Assembly (NCBI GenBank): GCA_963730605.1 | Contig: CAVSSM010000003.1 | Location: 1,029-65,028, forward strand | DNA length: 64,000 nucleotides | Source: an uncultured Chlamydiae bacterium | GTDB lineage: Bacteria; Chlamydiota; Chlamydiia; Chlamydiales; SM23-39 | Direction of reading: 5' to 3' | Shown: in pieces, positions 1 through 9,985 of the stretch | How the letters are laid out: each line of letters starts with the position of its first letter | Numbering within the stretch: position 1 is the first letter of the stretch | Made by a program: the position numbers and the translations under genes | Notes under the pieces: model-generated | Database searches by the model: none | What the model was told of the DNA's origin: nothing | The model's input: the letters and a program-made list of their open reading frames with translations, nothing else

Positions 1-222
1 CCTTTATCCATGGCACTATTCTACATAACGCCCCTTCCAATCGCACTTGTTTTCTTATGATGGGTTGTTGTACAATTCCCCCCTGCTTTCGAATCTACCC
101 GGCACTCACTATGGAATTGACCGATTCTTTATCTTCAGAAAGTATTTCTTTTCCTCTCCTCCTCTGGATGTTCACACCATAATCTCTGCCAGTTAAAACC
201 GGTATTCAGGTAGAATCAAGGC

Positions 223-600
223 ATGTTTTTCGGAGACGCTGTTTTCATCCCTGACGACAAGGGAGACTTGGTCGCCTTGGCCGGTAAGATTGCCGAGACG
301 GCAGCGCCCCTGCCTCCTCCAACAGACCTTGGGATGACCCTCGTCAAAATGCTGATCAGTCTGCTCGCCCTCGCTTTTTTACTCTTTGCGAGCTATTGGT
401 TCTTGAAGAGGCTCATCCAGAACCGGCTGCAAAAAGGGGTCGGCAGGCAGTCGATCGAAATCCTCGAGAAGCGGATGATCAGCCCGAAGACCATGCTCTA
501 TCTGGTCCAGGTCGAAAATAAAAAAATCCTCTTTGCCGAATCGCACCTCGAGGTGAAGGCCCTCGACACCTTCCGCGTCGTGGAGGCTCCTCCAGACTAG
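223..600 (+). CDS. FliO-like small membrane protein (start codon uncertain)
   Basis: 125-aa ORF. One hydrophobic helix (LVKMLISLLALAFLLFASYWFL) is followed by SIEILEKRMISPKTMLYLVQVENKKILFAESHLEV, the layout and core motif of FliO-family proteins. No other flagellar or export-apparatus gene is adjacent, so the function is uncertain. Confidence 0.4.
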   Translation: MFFGDAVFIPDDKGDLVALAGKIAETAAPLPPPTDLGMTLVKMLISLLALAFLLFASYWFLKRLIQNRLQKGVGRQSIEILEKRMISPKTMLYLVQVENKKILFAESHLEVKALDTFRVVEAPPD

Positions 601-603
601 AAG

Positions 604-1074
604 TTAGGATCCTTCTTTATTCACGGCTTTGACGATGAGGTGGGGGCCTTTTGCTTTCAAAACTTGAATCTCAGTCCCTTGATTGATTGCCGACCTCGAG
701 AGCGCTTGGAAGCTTTTGTCCTCAATCAAGACCTGCCCTGAAGGCTTCAGGTCAGTGGCCGCAATCCCCGTCTTGCCGACAAGTTCCTTGGGATAAATCA
801 AGGCCTGAAACCCTTCGAGAGATTCTTCTGGCGCCGCTTCTTTTGTCGAACCTTTGATCTTCCAAAGCGCGATCCGGATCACGACAAGAGCGGCGCCCAA
901 GAGGGATGCCGAATAGATGAGGAGCGAAAAGGGACGAGGATCCGCCATATAGAAAAAAAACAGGGATGTCAAAAGGAGCAGCCCTCCCCCGATTGCCATG
1001 ATGGCGCTGGGGAGAAAGAACTCAAGGAAGATCAGAAGAAGTCCTGCTAAAGCCAACGTCCAGACGAAGTACAC
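604..1074 (-). CDS. NfeD-family membrane protein
   Basis: 156-aa ORF. It has an N-terminal multi-helix hydrophobic region and a C-terminal GKTGIAATDLKPSGQVLIEDKSFQALS...GTEIQVLKAKGPHLIV, typical of the NfeD OB-fold domain. Confidence 0.6.
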   Translation of the reverse strand: MYFVWTLALAGLLLIFLEFFLPSAIMAIGGGLLLLTSLFFFYMADPRPFSLLIYSASLLGAALVVIRIALWKIKGSTKEAAPEESLEGFQALIYPKELVGKTGIAATDLKPSGQVLIEDKSFQALSRSAINQGTEIQVLKAKGPHLIVKAVNKEGS

Positions 1075-1150
1075 GAGTCCATTGTATTTCTCTTTTCAAT
1101 ATTACTCAAGAGAACGAGCCAGGGCAGCGCGCAAACTAAAAATTTTCCTA

Positions 1151-1173
1151 AGAGGGTGTCTACAAAGTGAGGG
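1151..1173. repeat. Solo terminal repeat of MITE family B
   Basis: AGAGGGTGTCTACAAAGTGAGGG matches the left terminal inverted repeat of the family-B elements at 20420 and 60011. Similarity stops after about 23 nt. Confidence 0.55.
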
Positions 1174-1243
1174 TTCAGCGATCTAAATTGTTCTTGGGGA
1201 GTGCGCTGGAGTGCGCTCTTCAGAATACCCGTTCCTCTTGAAA

Positions 1244-3205
1244 CTATCCGAAAATTTTCCGTTTGAAATGGGTAAACCAGGAGACCGGCATGGCGGGGAC
1301 TCCCGCTTCAGCGATCTCTTCGTTAAGCGGATTGAAGGAAGCTAAGCCATCTCGATAGTCTTTCAATACGCCATGAGCCATAAAGACGCCTCCGCCATTC
1401 GGGATCGCGCCCACAAACCGGAGAAGGTCGTCGAGGATTTCATAGCGTCTTATTTGGAGATTGCGGTCGTCGACGATGCGCGCCCGCCCGAATACGGCCC
1501 CTGCGATCTCGCACACCTCTAAGCCCGTCAATGGCGTTGCATCGGTCGCCCAACGGAAAAAGAGGCGAAGGGAAATATTTTCGACGACAGCCCTGTCTAC
1601 GTCTTGTTTGCACGCTCCGCTATTTCGGATCATGAACAGGTCTTTATCGAGGCGGTCGTTCATTTGGTTCTCGATCATTTGGGGAGTGATTCGATCGAAT
1701 GACCCATAGAGCATCCCTAGCGTCAAAAACGTGTCGGCGACGAGGATCATCATCCGGCCCAACCTCTCTCTTCCCTTGGGATCTTGCATGTTTATCCACC
1801 AATAGGAGTTACTCTCGGAGAGCTTATGGCAAAACTCTTCGGCCTTTTCTAGGGCAAGAGCCACTTGGTCGTCGCTGAAAAGATCTTCGGGAATATAAAG
1901 GCCGTTATCCGTTTTTGGGTCGTCGTCTAGGTCGCGGAGGCCCTCTGACTCATAATCTCTTAGTTTGGTGAAAAAATCTTCGACCGAACTGAATTCAGAG
2001 CAGAGCTTTTGTGCCCAAGGCTTGTCGAAGCTAATCACGGCATGAAGGTGTTGATTATTCTCCATCTCGATTGCATCTTTGATTCGGAGATGATCTTTGG
2101 AGTCGCGCGTATTTTGGTGGTTGAAGCGGAGCTCGAAAGTGCCGAATTTTTCATAAGCGGGCAAAAGGCCGTATTTGAAGAGAGGATCTCCCGTCGGCCC
2201 AGCCCCGTAATAAAATGCGACTTGTTTCCCATCCAGATCGAACGAGTGGCCGGAAAAGTGGGGGTTTCCTTGGCTTCCGTCATAGGAAAGAGGGTGTGTG
2301 TTCGAATAGAGAGCGTGGATCCCTTTGAGCGGATGGGCCGCCCACCAGAGGAACCGCCCCTCTTGCAAGAGTCCGAAACCGTCGACATTGAAAGACGGCC
2401 TTTTGAAATAATTGGAGAGCAGGTCGGCAAGTTCTGTCGGATGGATCTCGCTATTTGGCTGTAAATCGGCTTTGTCTAAGCACTCTTTTCCATATGCCTG
2501 AAGGGTTTCCATTCCATCGGTTGCTACGAGTTTGACTGCGAGAATTTGGAGAAAATTCACGGCATAGCAATCGGGGTTATTGGCCAGGTCGCGGAAGATT
2601 TGCATATTCATCACCTCGCCGATCTCCCCGCGGACCGAGGCCACATCGAGAAAGAAGGAACTTCCCTTATGTTGGAGAAGCTGGATCTTTTCCTTAATTT
2701 GGATCACTTTCTTTGCCATGAGGGATGCGCTTTCCCGATCGGCCCCCTCGCCCAATAGCTGTTCGATATTCGCCGCCAGCTCCTGTGGAGTAAACCTCCC
2801 GATCACCCGGCCGGGCGTATACACATCGGCGATTTGACCCAGCCGTTTCCCTTCTACGACAAGCTCAAGCCCTTCCAACAGTTTCTTGATTCGGGCTTTT
2901 TCGATCCCATCATGGAGGGTTTTGTGGTTGTGATATGAAACGGCCTTTGCAATCCCCGCCCACCAAAAATTCAGCGCCGACCACATGAGAATGAATAGGC
3001 TGCCGAACACGAGAACGGCGGCGCTTTTCACCCGAGAAGCAACCGAGGGCGCCTTTTTACTTACTTTTTCTTCCAACGGGATCTCGGTTTCAACGGTTGC
3101 CGAATCGGGCAATTCGCTGAGCTCCAAGTCAAAGGGCTGCTCCGGAAACTCACTAATCCCTAAATCGGACAAGGAAGGAGGTGGTTTTGTTAAATCAATC
3201 GGCAT
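1244..3205 (-). CDS. Large membrane-anchored hypothetical protein with C-terminal CX5R motif; candidate effector
   Basis: Long ORF (track 1244..3406). I place the start at ATG 3205 (MPIDLTKPPP...) because the upstream 67 codons overlap the 3' end of hemL. The N-terminus is acidic and Pro-rich, followed by one TM helix (AAVLVFGSLFILMWSALNFWWAGIA). CKQDVDR is encoded at 1592-1612. The C-terminal third parallels that of the 728-aa ORF at 16939..19125. Confidence 0.6.
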   Translation of the reverse strand: MPIDLTKPPPSLSDLGISEFPEQPFDLELSELPDSATVETEIPLEEKVSKKAPSVASRVKSAAVLVFGSLFILMWSALNFWWAGIAKAVSYHNHKTLHDGIEKARIKKLLEGLELVVEGKRLGQIADVYTPGRVIGRFTPQELAANIEQLLGEGADRESASLMAKKVIQIKEKIQLLQHKGSSFFLDVASVRGEIGEVMNMQIFRDLANNPDCYAVNFLQILAVKLVATDGMETLQAYGKECLDKADLQPNSEIHPTELADLLSNYFKRPSFNVDGFGLLQEGRFLWWAAHPLKGIHALYSNTHPLSYDGSQGNPHFSGHSFDLDGKQVAFYYGAGPTGDPLFKYGLLPAYEKFGTFELRFNHQNTRDSKDHLRIKDAIEMENNQHLHAVISFDKPWAQKLCSEFSSVEDFFTKLRDYESEGLRDLDDDPKTDNGLYIPEDLFSDDQVALALEKAEEFCHKLSESNSYWWINMQDPKGRERLGRMMILVADTFLTLGMLYGSFDRITPQMIENQMNDRLDKDLFMIRNSGACKQDVDRAVVENISLRLFFRWATDATPLTGLEVCEIAGAVFGRARIVDDRNLQIRRYEILDDLLRFVGAIPNGGGVFMAHGVLKDYRDGLASFNPLNEEIAEAGVPAMPVSWFTHFKRKIFG

Positions 3206-3260
3206 AGAAATATAATAACAAAAAAATGATTTTAAAATCAATAAAAAAATTAAATAATCT

Positions 3261-4556
3261 TTATATGGATAATAAAAAATCGACGATTTGATCCGCCGTG
3301 AAATCGAGCTCAGCATAGGTATGGGCCGAAGAGACGAACCACGCTTCATGAGAGGACGGAGGCAGGTAAATCCCCCGCTCGAAAAGGGTTCGGAATAAGC
3401 GGACAAAGAGGCCCTGGTCGAGCTTTGCTAAATCCTCTTTAGACTTGACCTCCCTTATTCCAAAAAAGAGAGAGAACATCGACCCGCATTGATTGACGCA
3501 GGCGTTGAGATTTTTAAGTAAGATCGCTTCCTTGACCGGCCCAGTCACCCGATTGGCTTTTTCCTCAAGAGCCTTATAAAACCCTGGTTTTTCGACCTCC
3601 CGGAGAGCCGCAAGGCCTGCCGCCACCGCCACCGGATTGCCGGAAAGCGTGCCTGCCTGATAGACCTCTCCCAACGGGGCTAGGGCGTCGAGGATCTGTT
3701 TCTTCCCGCCCACTGCCGCAACCGGAAAGCCCCCGCCGATCACCTTGCCAAAACAGCTCAGATCAGGCTCTATCCCGAAAAGTCCTTGCGCGCCAGCAAG
3801 GCCGAAACGAAAACCGGTGATCACCTCATCGAAAATCAAAAGCGCGCCGGCGCGCAAAGTCTCTTCGCGCAGCATCTCCAAAAATCCAGGCTCGGGCAAG
3901 ACAACTCCCATATTGCCGGTGACGGGTTCTAAAATCACCGCCGCGAGGGCCTCTGCCTGAGGATCGGTCCGGAAAAAGGAGCGGACCCTTTGGAAATCGT
4001 TGAACGGGACAACGAGCGTATCGGCTAAGACCGCGGGATTAACACCTTTGGAAGTGGCGATGGGATTGAGGCTTAAGACCCCAGAGCCTGCTTGCACAAG
4101 GAGCGCATCGCTATGGCCGTGATAGTGGCCCGAAAACTTCAAAATCTTCGGCTTTTCCGTGTAGCCCCTGGCAAGCCGCATGGCGGTCATCGCCGCTTCC
4201 GTTCCGCTAGAGACAAGGCGTGTTTTTTTGACCGATGGGATGAGCGCGGCGATCTTTTCGGCCATTTCGACCTCGAGATTCGTCGCGATCCCGAAAGACG
4301 ATCCGCGACGCATCTGTGCCACTGCCGCATCCACGATCGCCGGATGGGCATGGCCCAAAATAAGGGCGCCCCAACTCATGCAGTAATCGATGTACTCATT
4401 CCCATCCGCGTCGCGGATGCGAGCAGCAAAGCCCGACTCGGCGATCATCGGCGGCGAGAGTCCTAGCCCTTTGAACGAACGGACCGGAGAATTCACACCT
4501 CCCGGGATGAGCGCGCAGGCTCTTTCGTAGATCGCTTCGGATCGAGGCCTCTTCAT
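3261..4556 (-). CDS. hemL: Glutamate-1-semialdehyde 2,1-aminomutase
   Basis: Class-III aminotransferase translation with ALIPGGVNSPVRSF, LILGHAHP, FDEVITGFR and FGKVIGGGFPVAAVGGK blocks characteristic of GSA aminomutase. The start is placed at Met24 of the track ORF (4556), giving about 431 aa. Confidence 0.9.
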   Translation of the reverse strand: MKRPRSEAIYERACALIPGGVNSPVRSFKGLGLSPPMIAESGFAARIRDADGNEYIDYCMSWGALILGHAHPAIVDAAVAQMRRGSSFGIATNLEVEMAEKIAALIPSVKKTRLVSSGTEAAMTAMRLARGYTEKPKILKFSGHYHGHSDALLVQAGSGVLSLNPIATSKGVNPAVLADTLVVPFNDFQRVRSFFRTDPQAEALAAVILEPVTGNMGVVLPEPGFLEMLREETLRAGALLIFDEVITGFRFGLAGAQGLFGIEPDLSCFGKVIGGGFPVAAVGGKKQILDALAPLGEVYQAGTLSGNPVAVAAGLAALREVEKPGFYKALEEKANRVTGPVKEAILLKNLNACVNQCGSMFSLFFGIREVKSKEDLAKLDQGLFVRLFRTLFERGIYLPPSSHEAWFVSSAHTYAELDFTADQIVDFLLSI

Positions 4557-4623
4557 GACGTGACAAATATAGCAAAAAGTTTTTTTTTGACCGCAGTCTT
4601 TTCTTTCGGCACAATCCCTACTC

Positions 4624-6379
4624 ATGAGATGGCTTTTAACGTTAGCGCCTGCGGTCAGTTTGGCTCTGACCTACGAGGTTCATTTTGTCGGGCTCGATGA
4701 CTCGGCCGCTTTGCGCGCAGTCGTTGACGCCTCGCAGCTCGTCTCTTTACAAAAACGGCCTCCCGCATCGATCAATGGGCTTCGCTACCGGATGGCCTCC
4801 GATGTTCCCGAAATCCTCCGCGTTTTACGCGCCTTCTCCTATTACGACGCCACCCTGACCACCGACCTTGAAGTCACCGAAAAAGAACCGTACCAAGTTT
4901 ACGTGTTCATCCAAAGCGGACCCCCATTCAAGCTCGCCTCCTATGAGGTGTTTAACGGCGATTGCAAGCAGCTTGCCGAGATCCCGAACTGCCACCCTTT
5001 CACACCTCAAGAGCTCGGCCTGGAACTCGGCAAGCCCGCTCATTCGGTCGAAATCGTGAACGGGGAGCTGAATCTCTTGACGGAGCTTTCAAAGTGCGGC
5101 TATCCCCTCGCCTATATCGACAAAAGGCGCGTAGAGGTCGACATGTCGGACCAGACGGTACATGCTGCCGCTTGTATCCAGGAAGGGCCTCTTGCGAAAT
5201 TCGGGCCGTCGACCTTTTTTGGGCTAAAAGGGATCAAACCCCGTTTCATCGACTCGAAAATCGGATGGAAAGAGGGGGAGATCTACGATTCCGACCTCAT
5301 CGTAAAGACGCAGGAGCGCCTTTTGAAATCGGAGCTATTTTTCTTCCGTCTACATCACCCATGGCGAGGCACTAGATGAGCGGGGAGAGCTTCCGATCAA
5401 ACTCCGCTTTTCCGAAGCGCAGCACCAACGGATCAGCATCGGGGGATTCTATGGGACGGTCGACGGCCCCGGCTTTACGTTCGCTTGGACGCACCGCAAT
5501 ATCGGCGGCATGGGAGATATCCTTAGCGCGAAAGGCGACGTCTCGAAAAGATTCATCGCCGGCAACATCACGTATAAAAAGCCCGACTTTCTCGCCTTCG
5601 ACCAAACGTACAGGGCCTTTGCCGAGCTCTCCCGAGAAAATATCAAGGCCTACCTTGCTTTCATTTACCGCGGCGGAAACTACATCGACCGGAAGATCAG
5701 TCCGAAAACGAATTTTTCAGCTGGTTTAAAAGTCGAGCACATCAACGTCTCCGATTCGGCCTCGAACGGCACCTATCTTGTTTTAGGCCTTCCTCTCTTC
5801 ATCCGCTACGATAACTCCGACAATTACCTCGACCCGACGCAAGGGGTCTCGATCGTCTATTCGGCAACGCCTTACCAGTCGCTTTTCCATTCGAATGAGC
5901 ATTTCGTCAAACAGCGTTTGACCACCTGCTTCTATGCACCCCTCGGCACGCCGAATTTTGTGTTAGCCTTTCGCACCCAGTTCGGATCGATCGCGGGCAC
6001 TACTCAAGAAAACGTCCCCATCACTAAACTATTCCTCGGCGGATCGGAAAACGAGCTGCGCGGCTACCGCTACCAAACGGTCAGCCCATTGAACGCTCAC
6101 AATAAGCCTTTCGGAGGACGCTCTGCAATCTATGCAACCGCGGAAATCCGGTGGAAGCTGACGAAAACGATCGGCCTCGTCCCTTTTGCCGATTTCGGCA
6201 CCGTCGCCTTGAACCAGTTTCCCGATTTCATGGCAAAATGGTTCAAATCGGTCGGCGGCGGTTTTCGCTACTTCAGCTTCTTCGGCCCGCTCCGTTTCGA
6301 CATCGGCTTCCCCTTGGATAAAAGGAAGGGACTTGATCATAATTTCCAAATTTACGCCTCGGTAGGACAAGCATTCTGA
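4624..6379 (+). pseudogene. tamA: TamA-type Omp85 outer-membrane protein; frame broken by one extra T in a T5 run
   Basis: ORF 4624..5379 (signal peptide plus POTRA-like region) and the frame of ORF 5510..6379 (Omp85 barrel: LFLGGSENELRGYRY..., C-terminal ...IYASVGQAF) form one gene. Frame 2 is already open and sensible from 5345 (SVYITHGEALDERGELPIKLRFSEAQHQRISIGGFYG...). The shift maps to TTTTT at 5338-5342. The stop overlaps the tamB start (TGATG). Confidence 0.75.
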
Positions 6380-9300
6380 TGAGAAAAATCCAAATCACCC
6401 TGATCGCAATCGTCCTTTTCGCTGTTTCCCTCATGCTGGCGCTCCAGAGCGAATGGGCCAGGATGCTCGCTCAAAAATTCCTGAAAGACGCTTTGAGAGA
6501 GTCGGGCTACAAAGTCGAGATCGGCAAATTCGAAGGGACGCTCCCCCATGCCATCGATCTCAAAGACGTCCAAATCGAGTCGGAGACTCTTCACGTGTCG
6601 ATTCAATCGCTCGAAACAAGGATTTCGCTTCTTGCCCTTTTGAAAAAAGAGCTCCTTTTTACTAATGTCTACGCCTCCGGCATCTCTTATCAAATCAAAC
6701 CCGGCACATCCCCCACTTTTGGCAAAGGAAAAGGGCTCTCGTTTTCGGTACGGATAAAACATTTCCAATTGGACGACGTCGTAATACCTGAAGGAGCGGT
6801 TGCTAATGCTAATTTTGAGGGTGCGCTTCGGCTCGGGAAACGGAACCGGGACCTTTATCTCGACATCACAGCAGCAAGGCCCGGCTTTCCCGACTCGTCG
6901 GCCCATCTCATTGCCTATTTGGATGAGGCGGGAGGGGTCCGGCTCAAAGGCTCTTTGAAATCTCCAACCTTAAGAGCCATCCCATTGCCACTGCCCATCG
7001 ATGCCGCGCTCGATTTACAGTTTGCTTTACGTGGGAAAAATCAACTCTTCGGCCACGTCTCGGGAACCCTCTCTCCTCACTCGATCCCTATAGAACCTCT
7101 TGCCCCTTGGCTTGAGAAAGATTGGAAAATCGATTCCCGCATTGCGTTGAAATCGGCAGGCTGGGAGGTGAGCCGTTTCCTTGCAAAAACAGATCAGGGC
7201 ACGATCAGCGGCAGCGCGAAATTCTCTCGTGACGGAAAGTTTGATGAGGGCAGCTTCGCTGTAAAGTCTTCTGCCCCCGAAATGGCCTTGAAATTCGAGA
7301 TGAAAGAAACCGAGCAGGGCCTTGCGCTCAAAGGAAACGGTACTGCCGCAAGGGTCCAGTTCGATTCGCTCGTTTTGAACAACCTGCAGGCGCATGCAGA
7401 GTTCTCTTGGAAAGATAACGCAATGAGGGGCAGCTTCATCGCCGCAGCAACGGTGGAGGGCAAAACCTGGAAAGGAAAAACCGATTTTGCGTACGTTAAC
7501 GGAGGCTCTCTTTTCTTGAGAAACGCTTCGCTCCAAAGCCCTTTTGCAAATGCCGCCGGAGAACTGGAGATCCGCAAAGACAAAATCCTTATCGGACAAA
7601 TGGAGGTGGATGTAGAAAATCTCCAGGACCTCCCCCTGGGCCTTTACGGGGGCCTTTACGGCAAGCTGCAGGGAAAGATCGACTGGCTCGTATCGAATGG
7701 CAAACAAGTCATGACGGCCGATTTGACAGCGGGGGGCATCTATTGGAAGGATCTCTTTGCTCAAAAGGTCAAAGTGGATGCTTCGATCATCGATCCCTTC
7801 GAGGACCCGAAGGGAAGAGCGGAATTTCTGGCAGAAGAGGTCAAATGGCGGCAGATGTTCCTCGATCGCTTACAGGCGGAGACGCTGATCGGGGACGCGA
7901 ACTGGCCCTTTGCGATTGCCTTGAAGGGAACATGGAACCGGCCGCTTTGGGCCAATCTCAGCGGGACTTGGCATTATGGCGAATCTGGTTTCAATGCGGC
8001 CCTGCAAACGGCATCTGGGTCTTTCTACAATCATCCGCTCTCCCTAAAAAAGCAGGTCGAATTCGAATTTGCTCCCAATATTTTCCGGGTGAGCGGCCTT
8101 GATTTCGCACTCTCGGATGGGAGGGGATATTTCTTCATCAATGAGATCGAAAACGAGCTCGCGGCAGAGCTCATCCTGGAGAGATTCCCCCTCGATGTCC
8201 TTTCGCTCAATCCCCTCGATGTTTCGATCACTGGAAACACAGACCTTACTCTCTCCGTCAATGAAAAAAACGGCAAAGTCGAAGGCGCACTAACCGCCAC
8301 GGTCCATCAAATGGAGGTTGCGGCCGCCGGGCCTGGGGCCCCCGAAGACGCATCGTCTTTGGGGTGGGGTGGCGAGATCCCACCCTTGCCTGCCTCGGGC
8401 CGTCTCAATGGCCGGTTCGATCGCGCGCGGCTCGACCTCGATGGCGCCTTTGAAATCCAAGGCGCCCCGCTCTTGAACATCAATCTATCGATTCCGATTC
8501 AAGTTGAGCTGATGCCGCTTCGCGGCCATCTCGTCTATGACCAGAAGGCCGAAGGGCATCTTTCCCTGAAAGGGAGAATCGAAGAGATACTCGACTTCTT
8601 CGATCTTGGCACCCATCGCATCGAAGGAGACATCGCAGCAGATCTCACCTTGAGAAACACTTTGCTCGAGCCTGAAATCAAAGGAAACGTCCATTTTGAA
8701 AACGGGATGTACCAAAATTACCTGACCGGCACTAGGCTGCTCAATATCCAGGCGGACGGCCACGCATCCGGAGATAAGTTCACCCTCGATTCTTTCACGG
8801 CAAAAGAAGGAAATGGCTCTCTGACGGCTGAAGGCGAAATAGCTCTTCGTCCCAAAGACGATTTCCCTTTCCTCTTCGATATCTCATTTACCCGTTTCAA
8901 TATCGCGCAAGTTGACCTCATATCCGCAGAAAGCCAGGGACAGATTGCGGTCGAGGGCAACTGGAATGCCGCCAAGGCTATTGGGAAAGTCGAGATCGTA
9001 GAGAGCGAGATCCAAGTCCCGGACCGCGTTCCTCGCTCCCTTCCCAATCTCGTCGTGGTCTACCGAAATGCCGTCAAACCCATCCCACAGCCCCATCTCG
9101 CCGAGAAAGAGCCCTATCCCCTGCATCTTGATTTGGAGGTAACCGCGCCCGAGGCGATCCACATAACTGGGCGCGGCCTCGATTCCGAATGGAAAGGAAA
9201 TTTCCACCTCGGCGGCACTTATACAGCATTGCAGACGGAAGGGAAGCTCGAGCTGGTCAAAGGGGAATTTCTTTTTTCCGGCCGAAGATTCAAGCTGCAA

Positions 9301-9840
9301 GAGGGCGCCCTCACCTTTACAGGCAAAGAAAATGAGATGCCCTACCTCAATCTTGCGGCGCAAATAGACGTCAAGGAGGTTTCAATCACAGCGCGCCTGA
9401 AGGGTCCTCTGAATCAACCTCAACTCACCTTGCAATCGGTCCCGCCGCTCCCTCTTGGGACCATCATGTCCTATCTCCTTTTCGGCCAGGAACTGGCCGA
9501 GATCAACAGCTTTCAAGCCTTTCAGCTCGCCAATTCCCTCGCCTCCCTCGCAGGAGTCGGGCCCGACGTCCTCGAAAACACCCGGAAGGCGCTTGGCGTC
9601 GACCGGCTCAATATCGTATCGATCCCGAGCGAAGAAGCCGGAGTCGAAGACGCGATTGTCCTTCAAGTCGGCAAATACATCAGCGAAGGGGTCCTCGTTT
9701 CCCTGACCCAAGGGGCCGAAGAATCCTCGACCAATATCAATATCGAGATCGAGCTAAAGGCAGGCTGGGTGGTCCAGCTAGAGAGCGATCAGAGGCAAGA
9801 ACAGGGCAAATTCACTATTAAGTGGAATCATAATTACTAA
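6379..9840 (+). CDS. tamB: TamB translocation-and-assembly-module subunit (DUF490 C-terminus)
   Basis: 1153-aa ORF with an N-terminal signal-anchor helix, a long beta-rich body and a DUF490-type C-terminus (ITARLKGPLNQPQLTLQSVPPLPLGTIMSYLLFGQ...VLQVGKYISEGVLVSLTQG...). It is translationally coupled to tamA. Confidence 0.85.
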   Translation: MRKIQITLIAIVLFAVSLMLALQSEWARMLAQKFLKDALRESGYKVEIGKFEGTLPHAIDLKDVQIESETLHVSIQSLETRISLLALLKKELLFTNVYASGISYQIKPGTSPTFGKGKGLSFSVRIKHFQLDDVVIPEGAVANANFEGALRLGKRNRDLYLDITAARPGFPDSSAHLIAYLDEAGGVRLKGSLKSPTLRAIPLPLPIDAALDLQFALRGKNQLFGHVSGTLSPHSIPIEPLAPWLEKDWKIDSRIALKSAGWEVSRFLAKTDQGTISGSAKFSRDGKFDEGSFAVKSSAPEMALKFEMKETEQGLALKGNGTAARVQFDSLVLNNLQAHAEFSWKDNAMRGSFIAAATVEGKTWKGKTDFAYVNGGSLFLRNASLQSPFANAAGELEIRKDKILIGQMEVDVENLQDLPLGLYGGLYGKLQGKIDWLVSNGKQVMTADLTAGGIYWKDLFAQKVKVDASIIDPFEDPKGRAEFLAEEVKWRQMFLDRLQAETLIGDANWPFAIALKGTWNRPLWANLSGTWHYGESGFNAALQTASGSFYNHPLSLKKQVEFEFAPNIFRVSGLDFALSDGRGYFFINEIENELAAELILERFPLDVLSLNPLDVSITGNTDLTLSVNEKNGKVEGALTATVHQMEVAAAGPGAPEDASSLGWGGEIPPLPASGRLNGRFDRARLDLDGAFEIQGAPLLNINLSIPIQVELMPLRGHLVYDQKAEGHLSLKGRIEEILDFFDLGTHRIEGDIAADLTLRNTLLEPEIKGNVHFENGMYQNYLTGTRLLNIQADGHASGDKFTLDSFTAKEGNGSLTAEGEIALRPKDDFPFLFDISFTRFNIAQVDLISAESQGQIAVEGNWNAAKAIGKVEIVESEIQVPDRVPRSLPNLVVVYRNAVKPIPQPHLAEKEPYPLHLDLEVTAPEAIHITGRGLDSEWKGNFHLGGTYTALQTEGKLELVKGEFLFSGRRFKLQEGALTFTGKENEMPYLNLAAQIDVKEVSITARLKGPLNQPQLTLQSVPPLPLGTIMSYLLFGQELAEINSFQAFQLANSLASLAGVGPDVLENTRKALGVDRLNIVSIPSEEAGVEDAIVLQVGKYISEGVLVSLTQGAEESSTNINIEIELKAGWVVQLESDQRQEQGKFTIKWNHNY

Positions 9841-9985
9841 CTGTTGTATGATTTTGCCTTTCTTAACTACAACTTAATAAATGAGATAGGATTCAAGAAA
9901 TTTTTCGTATAGCAGGAAAATTCCCTGGGAACTATATTGAGAGCCGCCTTAAGCAATTATCGTAGAATAATTTGAGGAGTCAAGG

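Noticed and set aside
223..600. FliO-like gene as evidence for a flagellar or second export apparatus locus.
   Set aside because: It is isolated, followed by a convergent NfeD gene. No fliP/Q/R or sctR/S/T genes are in the window.
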